From contig CAVYTA010000006.1 of assembly GCA_963771355.1 (NCBI GenBank), forward strand, positions 2,432,001-2,496,000: a stretch of 64,000 nucleotides of DNA, in the 5' to 3' direction. The position numbers and the translations under genes were made by a program. Each line of letters begins with the position of its first letter. The stretch's first letter is position 1. Shown piece by piece: positions 1-10,372 of the stretch. Under the pieces are notes generated by a model. That model was not told where the DNA came from. It saw only the letters and a program-made list of their open reading frames with translations, and did not search any database. This stretch comes from an uncultured Candidatus Rokubacteria bacterium. GTDB lineage: Bacteria > Methylomirabilota > Methylomirabilia > Rokubacteriales > CSP1-6.

Positions 1-408
1 GCTCTGGAGCGCGAGGAAGTTCGCGTTGGACTTGAGCTCGGGATAGCGCTCGACGGTGACCAGGAGGCGCGACAGCGCGCCGCCCAGCGCGCCCTGCGCG
101 TCCTGGAACTTCTTCAGCGCGGCCGGGTCGTTCAGCATCTCGGGGCTCAGCGTCATCTGGGATGCGCTCGCCCGCGCCCGCGTGACCTCCTCGAGGACGG
201 TGCGCTCCTGGGCGGCGAAGCCCTTGACCGTCTCGACGAGGTTCGGGATGAGATCGGCGCGGCGCTGGTACACCGCCTGCACCTGCGCCCAGGCCCCATT
301 GACGCCCTGCTCGGAGGTGACGAGCCGGTTGTTCACGCCCACGCCCCACATGAAGAGGCCACCCACCACGAGCGCGAGAATGACGAGGACCACGATGATG
401 GCTTTCAT
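1..408 (-). CDS. lemA: LemA family protein (3' end runs off the window)
   Basis: Minus strand reads MKAIIVVLVILALVVGGLFMWGVGVNNRLVTSEQGVNGAWAQVQAVYQRRADLIPNLVETVKGFAAQE...ERYPELKSNANF, typical LemA motifs; not in the ORF track because it is truncated. Confidence 0.9.
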   Translation of the reverse strand, partial: MKAIIVVLVILALVVGGLFMWGVGVNNRLVTSEQGVNGAWAQVQAVYQRRADLIPNLVETVKGFAAQERTVLEEVTRARASASQMTLSPEMLNDPAALKKFQDAQGALGGALSRLLVTVERYPELKSNANFLALQS

Positions 409-437
409 GCCGTCAGTATAGCGCGACCGGCCGCGTG

Positions 438-466
438 TTGACCGCCCTCGGGGCCCGTGCTAGAAC
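438..466 (+). promoter_or_regulatory. sigma70-type promoter of the acyl-CoA operon
   Basis: TTGACC(438-443)-17 nt-TAGAAC(461-466) with extended TG; GGAGG SD before ATG 504. Confidence 0.5.
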
Positions 467-503
467 CGGGCCGTACCGTTCGCGACCCCAGGAGGCCCTG
501 CCC

Positions 504-1721
504 ATGGATCTCAACTACACGCCCGAGGATCTGGCCTTTCGCAAGCAGGTGCGCGCGTGGCTCGAGCAAAATCTGCCGGCGGCGCCGCTCCGCAGCCTCG
601 ACGAGCGCAAGGTGTGGCATCGCAAGCTCTACGAGGCGGGCTTCCTCGGCATGGGCTGGCCCAAGGAATACGGCGGCCAGAGCGCGCGCCCGATGGAGCA
701 GGCCATCGTGGCCGACGAGATGGCCCGGTCGGGGGCGCCGTCGCCCACCAACGGCCTCGGGCTCGGCATCGTGGGCCCAACCATCGTCGTGCACGGCGAC
801 GAGTGGCAGAAGAAGCGCTACCTCCAGAAGATCCTCACTGCCGAGGAGATGTGGTGCCAGCTCTACTCGGAGCCGAACTCCGGCTCCGACCTCGCCTCGC
901 TGAAGACGAGCGCGGAGGACAAGGGCGACCACTTCGTCGTGAACGGGCAGAAGATCTGGACCAGCGGCGGTAAGGTGGCCGACTGGGGCCTGCTGCTCGC
1001 CCGCACCGATCCCAAGGTGGCCAAGCACAAGGGCATCTCCTGCTTCCTCATGTCCATGCGCCAGCCCGGCGTGGAGGTCCGGCCGCTCAAGCAGATGACC
1101 GGCTCCGCCGAGTTCTGCGAGGTGTTCATGACGGGGGCGCGCGTGGAGAAGGACAATCTGATCGGCCGACTGGGCGAGGGCTGGGCCATCGCCAATACCA
1201 CGCTCGGCTATGAGCGGGGCGGGCGCTCCCTGGCGCGCATCTCCGGCTATGCCTCCCAGTACCACCACCTGGTCGGGGCGGTTCGACGGCTGAAGCGCCA
1301 CGGGCAACCGCTCATCGAGAGCCCGCTCGTGCGGCAGAAGCTCGGGAAGATCTGGGCGGACCTCGAGGTCGAGCGCTACAACGCGCTCCGCGTGCTCACC
1401 CAGCTCGAGAAGGGCGAGCATCCCGGCGCGGGCGGCTCGCTCACCAAGCTGTCCTACTCGGAGTTCGAGAAGCGCTTCATGGAGATGGCCCAGGAAATCC
1501 TGGGGCCCTACGGCCAGCTCACCGACGGCGCGCCGCCGGAGCTGGCGCTGGAGATCGACACCGCGGTGGGCGACCAGGGCACCTGGGCCTATGCCTTCCT
1601 GTGGTCGCGGGCGGGCACCATCTACGCGGGCTCCTCCGAGATCCAGAAGAACGTCATCGGCGAGCGCATTCTTGGGTTGCCGAAAGAGTCACGCGCCGAC
1701 CGCGCGGGGGTCGCCCGATGA
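504..1721 (+). CDS. acyl-CoA dehydrogenase (alpha-like subunit)
   Basis: WCQLYSEPNSGSDLASL, NGQKIWTS, TIYAGSSEIQKNVIGER motifs; SD-preceded ATG at 504. Confidence 0.92.
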   Translation: MDLNYTPEDLAFRKQVRAWLEQNLPAAPLRSLDERKVWHRKLYEAGFLGMGWPKEYGGQSARPMEQAIVADEMARSGAPSPTNGLGLGIVGPTIVVHGDEWQKKRYLQKILTAEEMWCQLYSEPNSGSDLASLKTSAEDKGDHFVVNGQKIWTSGGKVADWGLLLARTDPKVAKHKGISCFLMSMRQPGVEVRPLKQMTGSAEFCEVFMTGARVEKDNLIGRLGEGWAIANTTLGYERGGRSLARISGYASQYHHLVGAVRRLKRHGQPLIESPLVRQKLGKIWADLEVERYNALRVLTQLEKGEHPGAGGSLTKLSYSEFEKRFMEMAQEILGPYGQLTDGAPPELALEIDTAVGDQGTWAYAFLWSRAGTIYAGSSEIQKNVIGERILGLPKESRADRAGVAR

Positions 1722-2842
1722 ACTTCGCCTTCAGCGACGACCAGACTCTCCTGAAGAACTCCGCGCGGGCGCTCCTCGACGAGCACTGCAAGCCCGAGCA
1801 CGTGCGGGCCATGCAGGAGGACGCGCGCGGCTACGGCGAGGCCCTGTGGGGCGAGATGGCCAAGCTGGGCTGGCTGGGCCTGCCCTTTCCCGAGCAGTAC
1901 GGAGGGGCCGGGCTGGGGCTCGTCGAGCTCGCCCTCCTCCACGAGGAGATGGGGCGGGTGGCGTATCCCGGGCCCTTCCTGGCCACCGTGATCCTGGGTG
2001 GTCTGCCGCTGCTCCTCGGCGGCTCCGCCGCCCAGAAGGAGAAGTGGCTGCCCGCCATCGCCTCGGGGCGCGCGCGGGTCACTGCTGCGCTGCAGGAGGA
2101 AAGCCTCGACTGGAATCCGGCCTCCATCGCCGCCACCGCCGTGCGCGCGGACGCGGGCTGGACGATCTCGGGCGTGAAGCGGTTCGTGCCGTGGGCCCAG
2201 GCGGCGGACGCGGTGCTGGTGCCCGCCCGCACCGCCGAAGGCGTGTCGCTGTTCATCGTGGACCCGAAAGCTTCCGGGGTCACGCTCCGCCCGACCACCG
2301 GCATGGACCTGACGACCAGATGGTCCGAGCTCACGCTCGGCGGCGTCGCCGTCGGCGCCGACGCGCTGGTGGGCCCGGCGGGAGGCGCGGGCCCGCTCCT
2401 GGACTCGGCCCTCCGCCGCGCCGCCGTCTGCGCCTCCGCGGAGATGCTGGGCGCCGCGCGCCGCTCCCTCGACATGGCCGTCGGCTACGCCAAGGTGCGC
2501 GAGCAGTTCGGGCAGCTCATCGGCACCTTCCAGGCCATTCGGCACAAGTGCGCGGAGATGCTCATGGAGGTGGAGAATAGCCATTCCGCCGTGTACTACG
2601 CGGCGTGGGCACTGGAGAACGGCGCCGAGGACGCCGCCGTGGCCGCCTCCATCTGCAAGTCCTACGTGAGCGACTCCGCCCGCCGCGTCTGCGGCGAGGC
2701 CATCCAGGTGCACGGCGGCATCGGCTTTACCTGGGAATACGATCTCCACCTCTACTTCAAGCGCGCCAAGTCGCTGGAGGTGCAGTTCGGCGACGCGGAA
2801 TACCACCGCGAGCTGATCGCCAAGCACGTCGCGAATTCATGA
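1718..2842 (+). CDS. acyl-CoA dehydrogenase (beta-like subunit)
   Basis: REQFGQLIGTFQAIRHKCA, QVHGGIGFTWEYDLHLYFKRA; ATGA overlap with upstream ACAD. Confidence 0.9.
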   Translation: MNFAFSDDQTLLKNSARALLDEHCKPEHVRAMQEDARGYGEALWGEMAKLGWLGLPFPEQYGGAGLGLVELALLHEEMGRVAYPGPFLATVILGGLPLLLGGSAAQKEKWLPAIASGRARVTAALQEESLDWNPASIAATAVRADAGWTISGVKRFVPWAQAADAVLVPARTAEGVSLFIVDPKASGVTLRPTTGMDLTTRWSELTLGGVAVGADALVGPAGGAGPLLDSALRRAAVCASAEMLGAARRSLDMAVGYAKVREQFGQLIGTFQAIRHKCAEMLMEVENSHSAVYYAAWALENGAEDAAVAASICKSYVSDSARRVCGEAIQVHGGIGFTWEYDLHLYFKRAKSLEVQFGDAEYHRELIAKHVANS

Positions 2843-4002
2843 CTTCCGGCGCGCTCGCCGGCGTCACCGTTGTCGATCTCACCTCGTACATCGCCGGCTC
2901 CTACGCGGCGATGATGCTGGCCGACCTCGGAGCCGACGTGATCAAGGTGGAGGGCCTGGAGGGCGACTCCTTTCGCGAGCTGCCCGGCTTCTACGGCTGG
3001 AACCGGGGCAAGCGCTCCATCGCGGTGAATCTCAAAGCGCCGGACGGGCGCGCCCTCGTCCACCGCCTGGCCCGGCGCGCCGACGTCGCGATGGAGAACA
3101 TGCGGCCCGGCGTATGCGACCGGCTGGGCGTGGGTTACGAGGACCTCCGCGCCGTCAACCCGCGCCTCATCTATTCCTCCGTCACCGCCTTCGGCCCCGA
3201 CGGTCCCTACCAGGAGCGGCCGGGCTTCGATCCCCTGCTCCAGGCCATGGGCGGCGTCATGACCACCCAGGGTTTCGGCGGGCCGCCCAAGTACATGCGC
3301 ATCGCCGTGACCGACTACTACACCGCCGCCCTTTCCTGCCAGGCCATCCTGGCCGCGCTCTTCGTCCGCGAGCGCACCGGTCGCGGCCAGCACGTGCGCA
3401 CCTCGCTCCTCCAGGGGGTGATGGCGCTGCAGTCGGGCAGCGTGGTGGACTATCCCGGCCGGGACACGGTGTATCGCGACACCCCCACCTATCGCATCTA
3501 CCAGGCGAGCGACGGCGAGTGGTTCTTCCTCGCCGTCGGCAACCAGTCCTTCTTCCGCAAGCTCTGCCAGGCCGTGGGGCATCCCGAGATGGCGGACGAC
3601 CCCCGCTTCGGCTCCTGGCTCGCGCGCCGGGACAACGGCGACGAGCTGATGACGCAGCTCGAGGAGACCTTCGCCTCCAAGCCCCGCGCGGAATGGCTGC
3701 GCATCCTGGCCGAGCACGACATCCCCGCCGCGGGCACCCAGACCATCCACGACTTCATGCGGGACCCGGCCGTGCTGCACCAGAAGATGGTGGTCCAGTA
3801 CGATCACCCGGAGCGCGGCCCCCTCACCCTCATGGGCCAGCCGCTCCGCTTCTCCGAGACGCAGGCGGAGGACGCGGGCCCGCCGCCCACCCTCGGCCAG
3901 CACACCGACGACATTCTTCACCAGGCCGGCTACTCCGACGCCGAGATCGCCGACCTTCGCCGGCGCGGCGTGGTGGGCGGCAAGCCGCCCGCGGGAGCCT
4001 GA
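2839..4002 (+). CDS. CaiB/BaiF family CoA-transferase (family III)
   Basis: LAGVTVVDLTSYIAGSYAAMMLADLGADVIKVE, NRGKRSIAVNLK, PPTLGQHT; ATGA overlap. Confidence 0.92.
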   Translation: MTSGALAGVTVVDLTSYIAGSYAAMMLADLGADVIKVEGLEGDSFRELPGFYGWNRGKRSIAVNLKAPDGRALVHRLARRADVAMENMRPGVCDRLGVGYEDLRAVNPRLIYSSVTAFGPDGPYQERPGFDPLLQAMGGVMTTQGFGGPPKYMRIAVTDYYTAALSCQAILAALFVRERTGRGQHVRTSLLQGVMALQSGSVVDYPGRDTVYRDTPTYRIYQASDGEWFFLAVGNQSFFRKLCQAVGHPEMADDPRFGSWLARRDNGDELMTQLEETFASKPRAEWLRILAEHDIPAAGTQTIHDFMRDPAVLHQKMVVQYDHPERGPLTLMGQPLRFSETQAEDAGPPPTLGQHTDDILHQAGYSDAEIADLRRRGVVGGKPPAGA

Positions 4003-4008
4003 ATCGCC

Positions 4009-4791
4009 ATGGCCTACTCGACCATTCGCTTCGCCACTGCCGACCACCTGGCCACCGTCACCCTCGACCGGCCCGACGTCCACAACGCCATGAACAACAC
4101 CATGCGCGAGGAGCTGCTCGACGTCTTCACTCGGCTGGCCAAGGACGACGACGTGCGCGTGATCCTCGTCACCGGCGCGGGCGAGCGGGCCTTCTCCGCC
4201 GGAGCGGATATCCGCGAGTTCGTGGAGCCCCTGGTGCCCACGACCTTCCGGGAATCGCGCAAGCGGATCGACTTCCGGCAGGTGATGGACCGCTGCCCCC
4301 AGCCCATCATCGCCGCCATTCGCGGCTATGCCTTCGGCGGCGGCCTCGAGCTGGCCCTGGCCTGCGACATCCGAATCGCCGCCGACGACGCGCAGCTGGG
4401 GCTCACCGAGATCAACCTCGCCATCATCCCGGGCGGCGGCGGCACCCAGCGCCTGCCCCGCCTGGTTGGGCGCGGCAAGGCGCTCGAGATGATCCTCACC
4501 GGCGCGCGGATCTCCGCCGCGGAGGCGCTCCGCATCGGCCTGGTGGAGCGCGTGGTGCCCGCCGTCGATCTCGCCGCCAGCGCGGCCACTCTCGCCCGCA
4601 CCATCGCCGAGAAGGCGCCCATCGCGCTGCGCTACGCCAAGGAAGCGGTGGTGGGCGGGCTGGCCCTGCCCCTGGCCGACGGCCTCCGCCTCGAGGGTGA
4701 TCTCTCCACGCTGCTTCGCACCACCGAGGACCGCATGGAGGGCGCGCGCGCCTTCCTCGAGAAGCGGAAGCCGAGCTGGGGCGGCCGGTAG
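4009..4791 (+). CDS. enoyl-CoA hydratase/isomerase family protein
   Basis: AFSAGADI, GYAFGGGLELALACDIRIA, IIPGGGGTQRLPRLVG. Confidence 0.93.
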   Translation: MAYSTIRFATADHLATVTLDRPDVHNAMNNTMREELLDVFTRLAKDDDVRVILVTGAGERAFSAGADIREFVEPLVPTTFRESRKRIDFRQVMDRCPQPIIAAIRGYAFGGGLELALACDIRIAADDAQLGLTEINLAIIPGGGGTQRLPRLVGRGKALEMILTGARISAAEALRIGLVERVVPAVDLAASAATLARTIAEKAPIALRYAKEAVVGGLALPLADGLRLEGDLSTLLRTTEDRMEGARAFLEKRKPSWGGR

Positions 4792-4803
4792 CAGCGCCCG
4801 ACA

Positions 4804-7800
4804 ATGAAATGTTCCCGGTGTCAGCACGAGAACGAGGCGGGCGCGAAGTTCTGCGAGGAATGTGCCACGCCGCTGGCCCGGGCGTGCGCCAAGTGCGGTC
4901 GGCAACTATCCCCGACGGCGAAGTTCTGCCCCGAGTGTGCGCACCCAGCCGGGTTATCTGCCGCGCCGCCTCCGTCTCACCGATTCGATTCCCCGGAGTC
5001 CTACACCCCCAAGCACCTCGCCGATAAGATCCTCACCTCCAAGAGCGCGCTGGAGGGCGAGCGCAAGCTAGTAACGGTGCTCTTCGCCGACCTCAAGGGC
5101 TCGATGGAGTTGCTGGCTGATCGCGACCCCGAGGAGGCCCGGAAGCTCCTGGACCCCGTCCTCGAGCGGATGATGGAGGCCGTCCACCGCTACGAGGGCA
5201 CCGTGAACCAGGTCATGGGTGACGGGATCATGGCCCTCTTCGGCGCCCCGCTCGCGCACGAGGATCACGCCGTGCGGGCCTGCTACGCAGCATTGCGGAT
5301 GCAGGAGTCCATCAAGCGGTATGCCGAGGAGGTACACCGCACCGCGGGCGTGCCCGTGCATATCCGGGTCGGCGTGAACTCGGGGGAGGTGGTTGTCCGC
5401 TCCATCGGCAGCGACCTCCACATGGACTATACGGCCGTCGGCCAGACGACCAACCTGGCAGCGCGCCTGGAGCAGATGGCCATGCCGGGGTCCATCCTCA
5501 TTGCGCCCGAGACCCTGAATCTGGCGGAAGGGTACGTCGTGGTGAAGCCCCTGGGTGAGCGGCCGGTCAAGGGCCTGGACGCCCCGATCGAGCTCTTCGA
5601 GGTCGTCGGCGCCGGGACCGTGCGCTCGCGGCTGCAGGCGGCCGCCGCCCGTGGCCTCACGCGCTTCGTCGGACGCGACCCGGAGATGGAGCAGCTCCGC
5701 CAGGCCCTGGATCGTGCCGGCATCGGGCACGGCCAGGTCGTGGCCATCGTCGGCGAGCCCGGTGTAGGCAAGTCTCGCCTCTTCTGGGAGTTCACCCACG
5801 CCCACCGCACGCAGGGCTGGTTGATCGTCGAGAGCATCTCGGTCTCCTATGGAAAGGCGACGGCGTTTCTGCCGCTCATCGAGCTCCTCCGGGGCTATTT
5901 CCAGATCGAGGGGCGCGATGAAGCACGCAAGATCCGCGAGAAGGTGACGGGAAAGCTCCTCTCCCTGGACCGAGCGCTGGAGCCCTCCCTCCCGGCGCTG
6001 CTCTGGCTCCTCGAGGTGCCTGTCGACGACCCCCAGTGGCAGCGTCTCGACCCCCCGCAGCGCCGCCAGCAGACGCTCGACGGGATCAAGCGGTTGCTCC
6101 TGCGGGAGAGCCAGGTCCAGCCGCTGCTGCTGGTGTTCGAGGACTTGCACTGGATCGACGCCGAGACCCAGGCGCTCCTGGACAGCGTGGTGGAGAGCCT
6201 GCCCACCGCCAGGCTGCTGCTCTTGGTGAACTATCGACCGGAATACCAGCACGCCTGGGGCAGTAAGACCTACTATCGGCAGCTTCGCATCGACCCCCTC
6301 CCCCCGAGAGCGCCGAGGAGCTGCTCGAGGCCTTGCTTGGGAGCCACGCGAGTCTTCAACCGCTCAAGCGGCTGTTGTTCGAGCGGACCGAGGGCAACCC
6401 CTTCTTCCTTGAAGAGAGCGTCCGGACGCTGGTCGAGACGCAGGTCCTGGCGGGGGCGCGAGGGGCCTACCACCTGGCGAGGGCGTCCCACACCCTGCAG
6501 ATCCCGGCGACGGCGCAGGCCATCCTGGCCGCCCGTATCGACCGGCTCGCGCCCGACGACAAGCGGCTCCTCCAGGCTGCCTCTGTCATCGGCAAGGATG
6601 TGTCCTTCACGCTCCTCGAGGCCGTCGCCGAGGGGCCGGAGGAAGGACTCCGCCGCGGTCTCGCCAACCTCCAGGCCGCCGAGTTCCTCTACGAGGCGCG
6701 CCTCTTCCCGGACCTCGAGTACACGTTCAAGCACGCGCTGACCCACGACGTCGCGTATGGGAGCCTCCTTCAGGAGCGGCGGCGAGCACTGCACGCCAGA
6801 ATCGTGGACACGATCGAGACGCTCTACCCCGAACGCCTCACCGAACAGGTGGAGCGGCTGGCCCACCACGCCTTCCGGGGCGCGCTGTGGGAGAAGGCGG
6901 TGACTTACCTCCGTCAGGCCGGCGCCAAGGCATTCGCGCGCTCGGCCCACCGAGAGTCGGTCGCCTGTCTCGAGCAGGCCCTGGCGGCACTGGAGCATCT
7001 GCCGGAGGCCCGCGAGACGCTGGAGCAGGCGATCGATCTGCGGGTCGATCTGCGCCACGCGCTCTGGCCGCTCGGCGAGGTTGGAAGGACCCTCGACCAC
7101 CTCCAGAGTGCCGAGACCATGGCCGAGAGCCTCGCGGACGAGCGCCGGCTGAGCCGGATCCTGTCCACGATGGGGTATTCCTTCTGGATGCTGGGCGATC
7201 CCGATCGGGTCGTCGTGTCCAACCGGCGTGCCCTCGCGATTGCCACCAGCCTGGGAGACTTCGCCCTCGAGGCCGCGGCGAACTTCGCCCTCGGGCTGGC
7301 CTACCATGGCCTCGGTGAGTACCATCGGGCGAGCGAGCCCCTCAATAGGAACATCGTCTCCCTCCAGGGCGAGCGGATGTACGGCCGTTTCGGCACCGCC
7401 GGTCTCACCTCCGTCCTGTCCATCATGGCGTTGGCCTGGTGCCAGGCCGAGCTTGGATCCTTCGTCGAGGGGATCGCCCGTGGAGAAGAAGGCGTTCGGA
7501 TTGCCCAGACGGTCGATCACAAGCTGAGCCTGATGTTCGCGGACGTGGGGGTTGGTCAGCTCTACCTTGTCCAGGGGGACCTCGTCCGGGCCATCCCGAC
7601 ACTCGAACGCGGACTAGCAACCTGCCGCGCGTGGGACTTCCCGTCCTGGCTTCCGTGGCTGGCTTCACGGGTGGGCGCGGCGTACGTCCTGGCCGGTCGT
7701 GTCGCCGACGGACTGCAGCTGCTGGAGCAGTCGGTGGAGCAAGCTGAGTCCATGCGATGGAGGGCGGATGCGTCGGCGCTCGCCGCCAGGTTGAGCGAGG

Positions 7801-8180
7801 CATACCTCGGGGCCGGCCGCGTTCAGGATGCGTCTGCACTGGCCGCGCGTGCCCTCGACCTCTCGGTGGAGCACAAGGGCCGCGGCAATCAGGGCTGGGC
7901 TCTGCGCTTGCTCGGCGAGATCGCTTCCCGATGTGATCGGCCCGATCAGGCTGAAGGGTATTACCGGCAGGCTCTCGTCCTGGCCGAGGAGTTGGGGATG
8001 CGCCCGCTCGCGGCCCACTGCCACTTTGGGCTCGGCAAGCTGGCTCGCGGACCGAGCGACCGCGCGACGGCGGAAGAGCACTTGGCGACCGCGACGGCGA
8101 TGTATCGCGAGATGGGCATGAGCTTCTGGCTGGAGAAAGCGGAGGCGGCGTTGGGCCCGCTCCACAAGCACTCACCCTGA
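4804..8180 (+). pseudogene. double zinc ribbon-class III adenylate/guanylate cyclase-AAA(STAND)-TPR protein, split by a 1-nt frameshift near 6300-6305 (possibly an assembly error)
   Basis: CxxC pairs, VLFADLKGS/GDGIMALFG cyclase motifs, GEPGVGKS Walker A, VFEDLHWID; continues in ORF 6333..8180 (TEGNPFFLEE, FKHALTHDVAY, TPR-like helices); adding one C to the C run restores DPLPPESAEELL. Confidence 0.85.
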
Positions 8181-8193
8181 ACCTGGCTCCGGG

Positions 8194-9168
8194 ATGCCCT
8201 TCGCGTACTTCAAGCGGCTCGATCGCCGCCAGCAGGCGATCTATCTCCGCAGTGACGCGGTCACCGCGGTGCCGCTATCGCGTCCGGAGGCCCTGCGCCC
8301 CTTCGTGGGCGAGCTGGCGGAGGCGCTGAGCGGCGAGGAGCGCGTCCCCACCGAGGTGGCCGCCCAGAAGCTCGTGTCCGCCCTCGCCGCCGCGCTGGGC
8401 CTGCCCGCAGTGCGCGTCCAGGTCCTGGCCGCGCGGCCGCACGCGCGCTGGGGGGAGCTGCACGGGCTCTACGAGTGGGAGCGCGGCCGCGGCGAGCCGC
8501 CCCTCATCACGCTGTGGATGCGGACGGCCAAGCAGCGTCGCGTGGTGGCGTTCCGCACCTTTCTCCGGACCCTGCTCCACGAGGTCGGGCACCACCTGGA
8601 CTACGCGGGCCTCGGGCTCGGCGATTCCTTCCACACCCAGGGCTTCTACGCGCGGGAATCGCACCTCTTCCACCAGCTCGTGACCGACGGAGACCGCGGC
8701 ATGACGACCCTCGAGGAGCAACTGGCGCGCATGGAGCGGACGGCGGACGACCTCGCCGCGGCCATCCGGGGCGTCCCCGAGGCCGCGCTCGCAAAGCGGC
8801 CCGACCGCCAGAGCTGGTGCGCCACGGAAGTGGTCTGCCACCTGCGGGACACCGAGGAGCTGTTCCTCGCCTTCTTCCAGACCATGCTCGACCTGGACGA
8901 GCCGACCTACTCGGGCGGAGAGCCGGATCGCTGGGCGGAGGACCGCCAGTACATGCGGAACGACGCCGGCGAGGCGCTGGCCGCGTTCCGCCGGCGACGC
9001 GCGGAATCGCTGGCCTTCTTGCGCCACCTGCGGCCGGCCGACTGGGATCGCGTGGGCGTGCACCCGACCCGCGGACGGCTCAGGTTGCGCGACTTCGCCG
9101 GGCTCATGGCCGGGCACGACGACAACCACCTCGACCAGCTCAAGCGCGCGCTGGACGGAAAGTCCTGA
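8194..9168 (+). CDS. HExxH metallopeptidase-like domain fused to a DinB family domain
   Basis: TLLHEVGHHLDY in the N-half; WCATEVVCHLRDTE...GHDDNHLDQL DinB His pattern in the C-half; internal GGAG+ATG at 8701. Confidence 0.7.
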   Translation: MPFAYFKRLDRRQQAIYLRSDAVTAVPLSRPEALRPFVGELAEALSGEERVPTEVAAQKLVSALAAALGLPAVRVQVLAARPHARWGELHGLYEWERGRGEPPLITLWMRTAKQRRVVAFRTFLRTLLHEVGHHLDYAGLGLGDSFHTQGFYARESHLFHQLVTDGDRGMTTLEEQLARMERTADDLAAAIRGVPEAALAKRPDRQSWCATEVVCHLRDTEELFLAFFQTMLDLDEPTYSGGEPDRWAEDRQYMRNDAGEALAAFRRRRAESLAFLRHLRPADWDRVGVHPTRGRLRLRDFAGLMAGHDDNHLDQLKRALDGKS

Positions 9169-9253
9169 ACCTGGGGTAGAATCGCCACGGCCCGCTCCGC
9201 AGTGTCGCGACGCGCGGCGTGAACCCGAACGCGACTCGAAAGGAGAACTCACC

Positions 9254-10369
9254 ATGGCCCGACTCCGGATCGTCACGGCCTTCCTCTTCGCCGCCGTCAT
9301 TCTCGCGCTGGGGCTCTACGCCACCGCCCAGCAGATGGACGAAGGCAAGCGGGACCGCGCGCTCGCGGTTCCCGGCGGCAAGTTCCACGCGCTGCCGGCG
9401 ACGCTCGAGACCACCCAGTGGGGCTGGCTCGATCCCAAGGAGCCGCCCAAGCTGGTGGTGAGCTCCGGCGACACCGTCGCCGTCGAGACCATGATGCACG
9501 CGCACAACAAGATCACGCCGGGCACGACCATGGACGAGATCGTCGGCCTCCGGAAGGCGAATCCGGGCGGCGGGCCCCACTCGCTGACCGGCCCCATCTA
9601 CGTCAACGGCGCCGAGCCCGGCGACGTGATGGAGATCCGCATCCTCAAGATCGTCCCGAAGGCCTTCGGGGTGAACTTCAACCTGCCCGGCAAGGAGTTC
9701 CCCACCATCGGCGCGCTCGCCCCCGAGATGCCGAATGGCTTCGTCCGGTACTTCTATCTGGACTGGGACAAGCGCCAGGCGGAGTTCAAGCCCGGCGTCA
9801 CCGTCGACCTCCAGCCCTTCCCCGGCACCCTGGCCGTCGGCATCGACCCCAAGGACCCCTCGCCCCGCAAGGGCGGCTCCACCGACCCGATGGCGCCGGT
9901 ATCTACCATCCGGCCGTGGAAGAACGGCTCCAACATGGACCTCAACGAGCTCCAGGAAGGGACGACCATCTTCATCCCCGTCTTCCTCAAGGGCGGCCTC
10001 GTCTGGACGGGGGATTCCCACTGCCGCCAGGGCAACGGCGAGGTGAACCTCACCGGGCTCGAGTGCTCCTACCGCGAGATCGTGATGCAGCTCATCGTGC
10101 GCAAGGACATGAAGCTCGAGTGGCCGCGGATGGAGACCCGGACCCACTGGATCATGATGGGATTCGACGAGGACCTCAACAAGGCAATGGTCAACGCCGT
10201 CCGCGAGACGGTGGACTTCCTCACCGCGCAGAAGATGGTGCCCCTGGACCGGTACGAGGCGTATTCCCTCACCTCGATGGTCGGCGATTGCCGCGTCACC
10301 CAGGTCGTCGACGTCCGCAAGGGCGTGCACTGCATGGTGCCCAAGGGCATCTTCACCGCCAAGAAGTAG
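9254..10369 (+). CDS. acetamidase/formamidase family protein with signal peptide
   Basis: GPHSLTGPIYVNGAEPGD, NGSNMDLNEL, GDSHCRQGNGEV; hydrophobic N-terminus ending ATA-Q; AAGGAG SD. Confidence 0.88.
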   Translation: MARLRIVTAFLFAAVILALGLYATAQQMDEGKRDRALAVPGGKFHALPATLETTQWGWLDPKEPPKLVVSSGDTVAVETMMHAHNKITPGTTMDEIVGLRKANPGGGPHSLTGPIYVNGAEPGDVMEIRILKIVPKAFGVNFNLPGKEFPTIGALAPEMPNGFVRYFYLDWDKRQAEFKPGVTVDLQPFPGTLAVGIDPKDPSPRKGGSTDPMAPVSTIRPWKNGSNMDLNELQEGTTIFIPVFLKGGLVWTGDSHCRQGNGEVNLTGLECSYREIVMQLIVRKDMKLEWPRMETRTHWIMMGFDEDLNKAMVNAVRETVDFLTAQKMVPLDRYEAYSLTSMVGDCRVTQVVDVRKGVHCMVPKGIFTAKK

Positions 10370-10372
10370 CCG

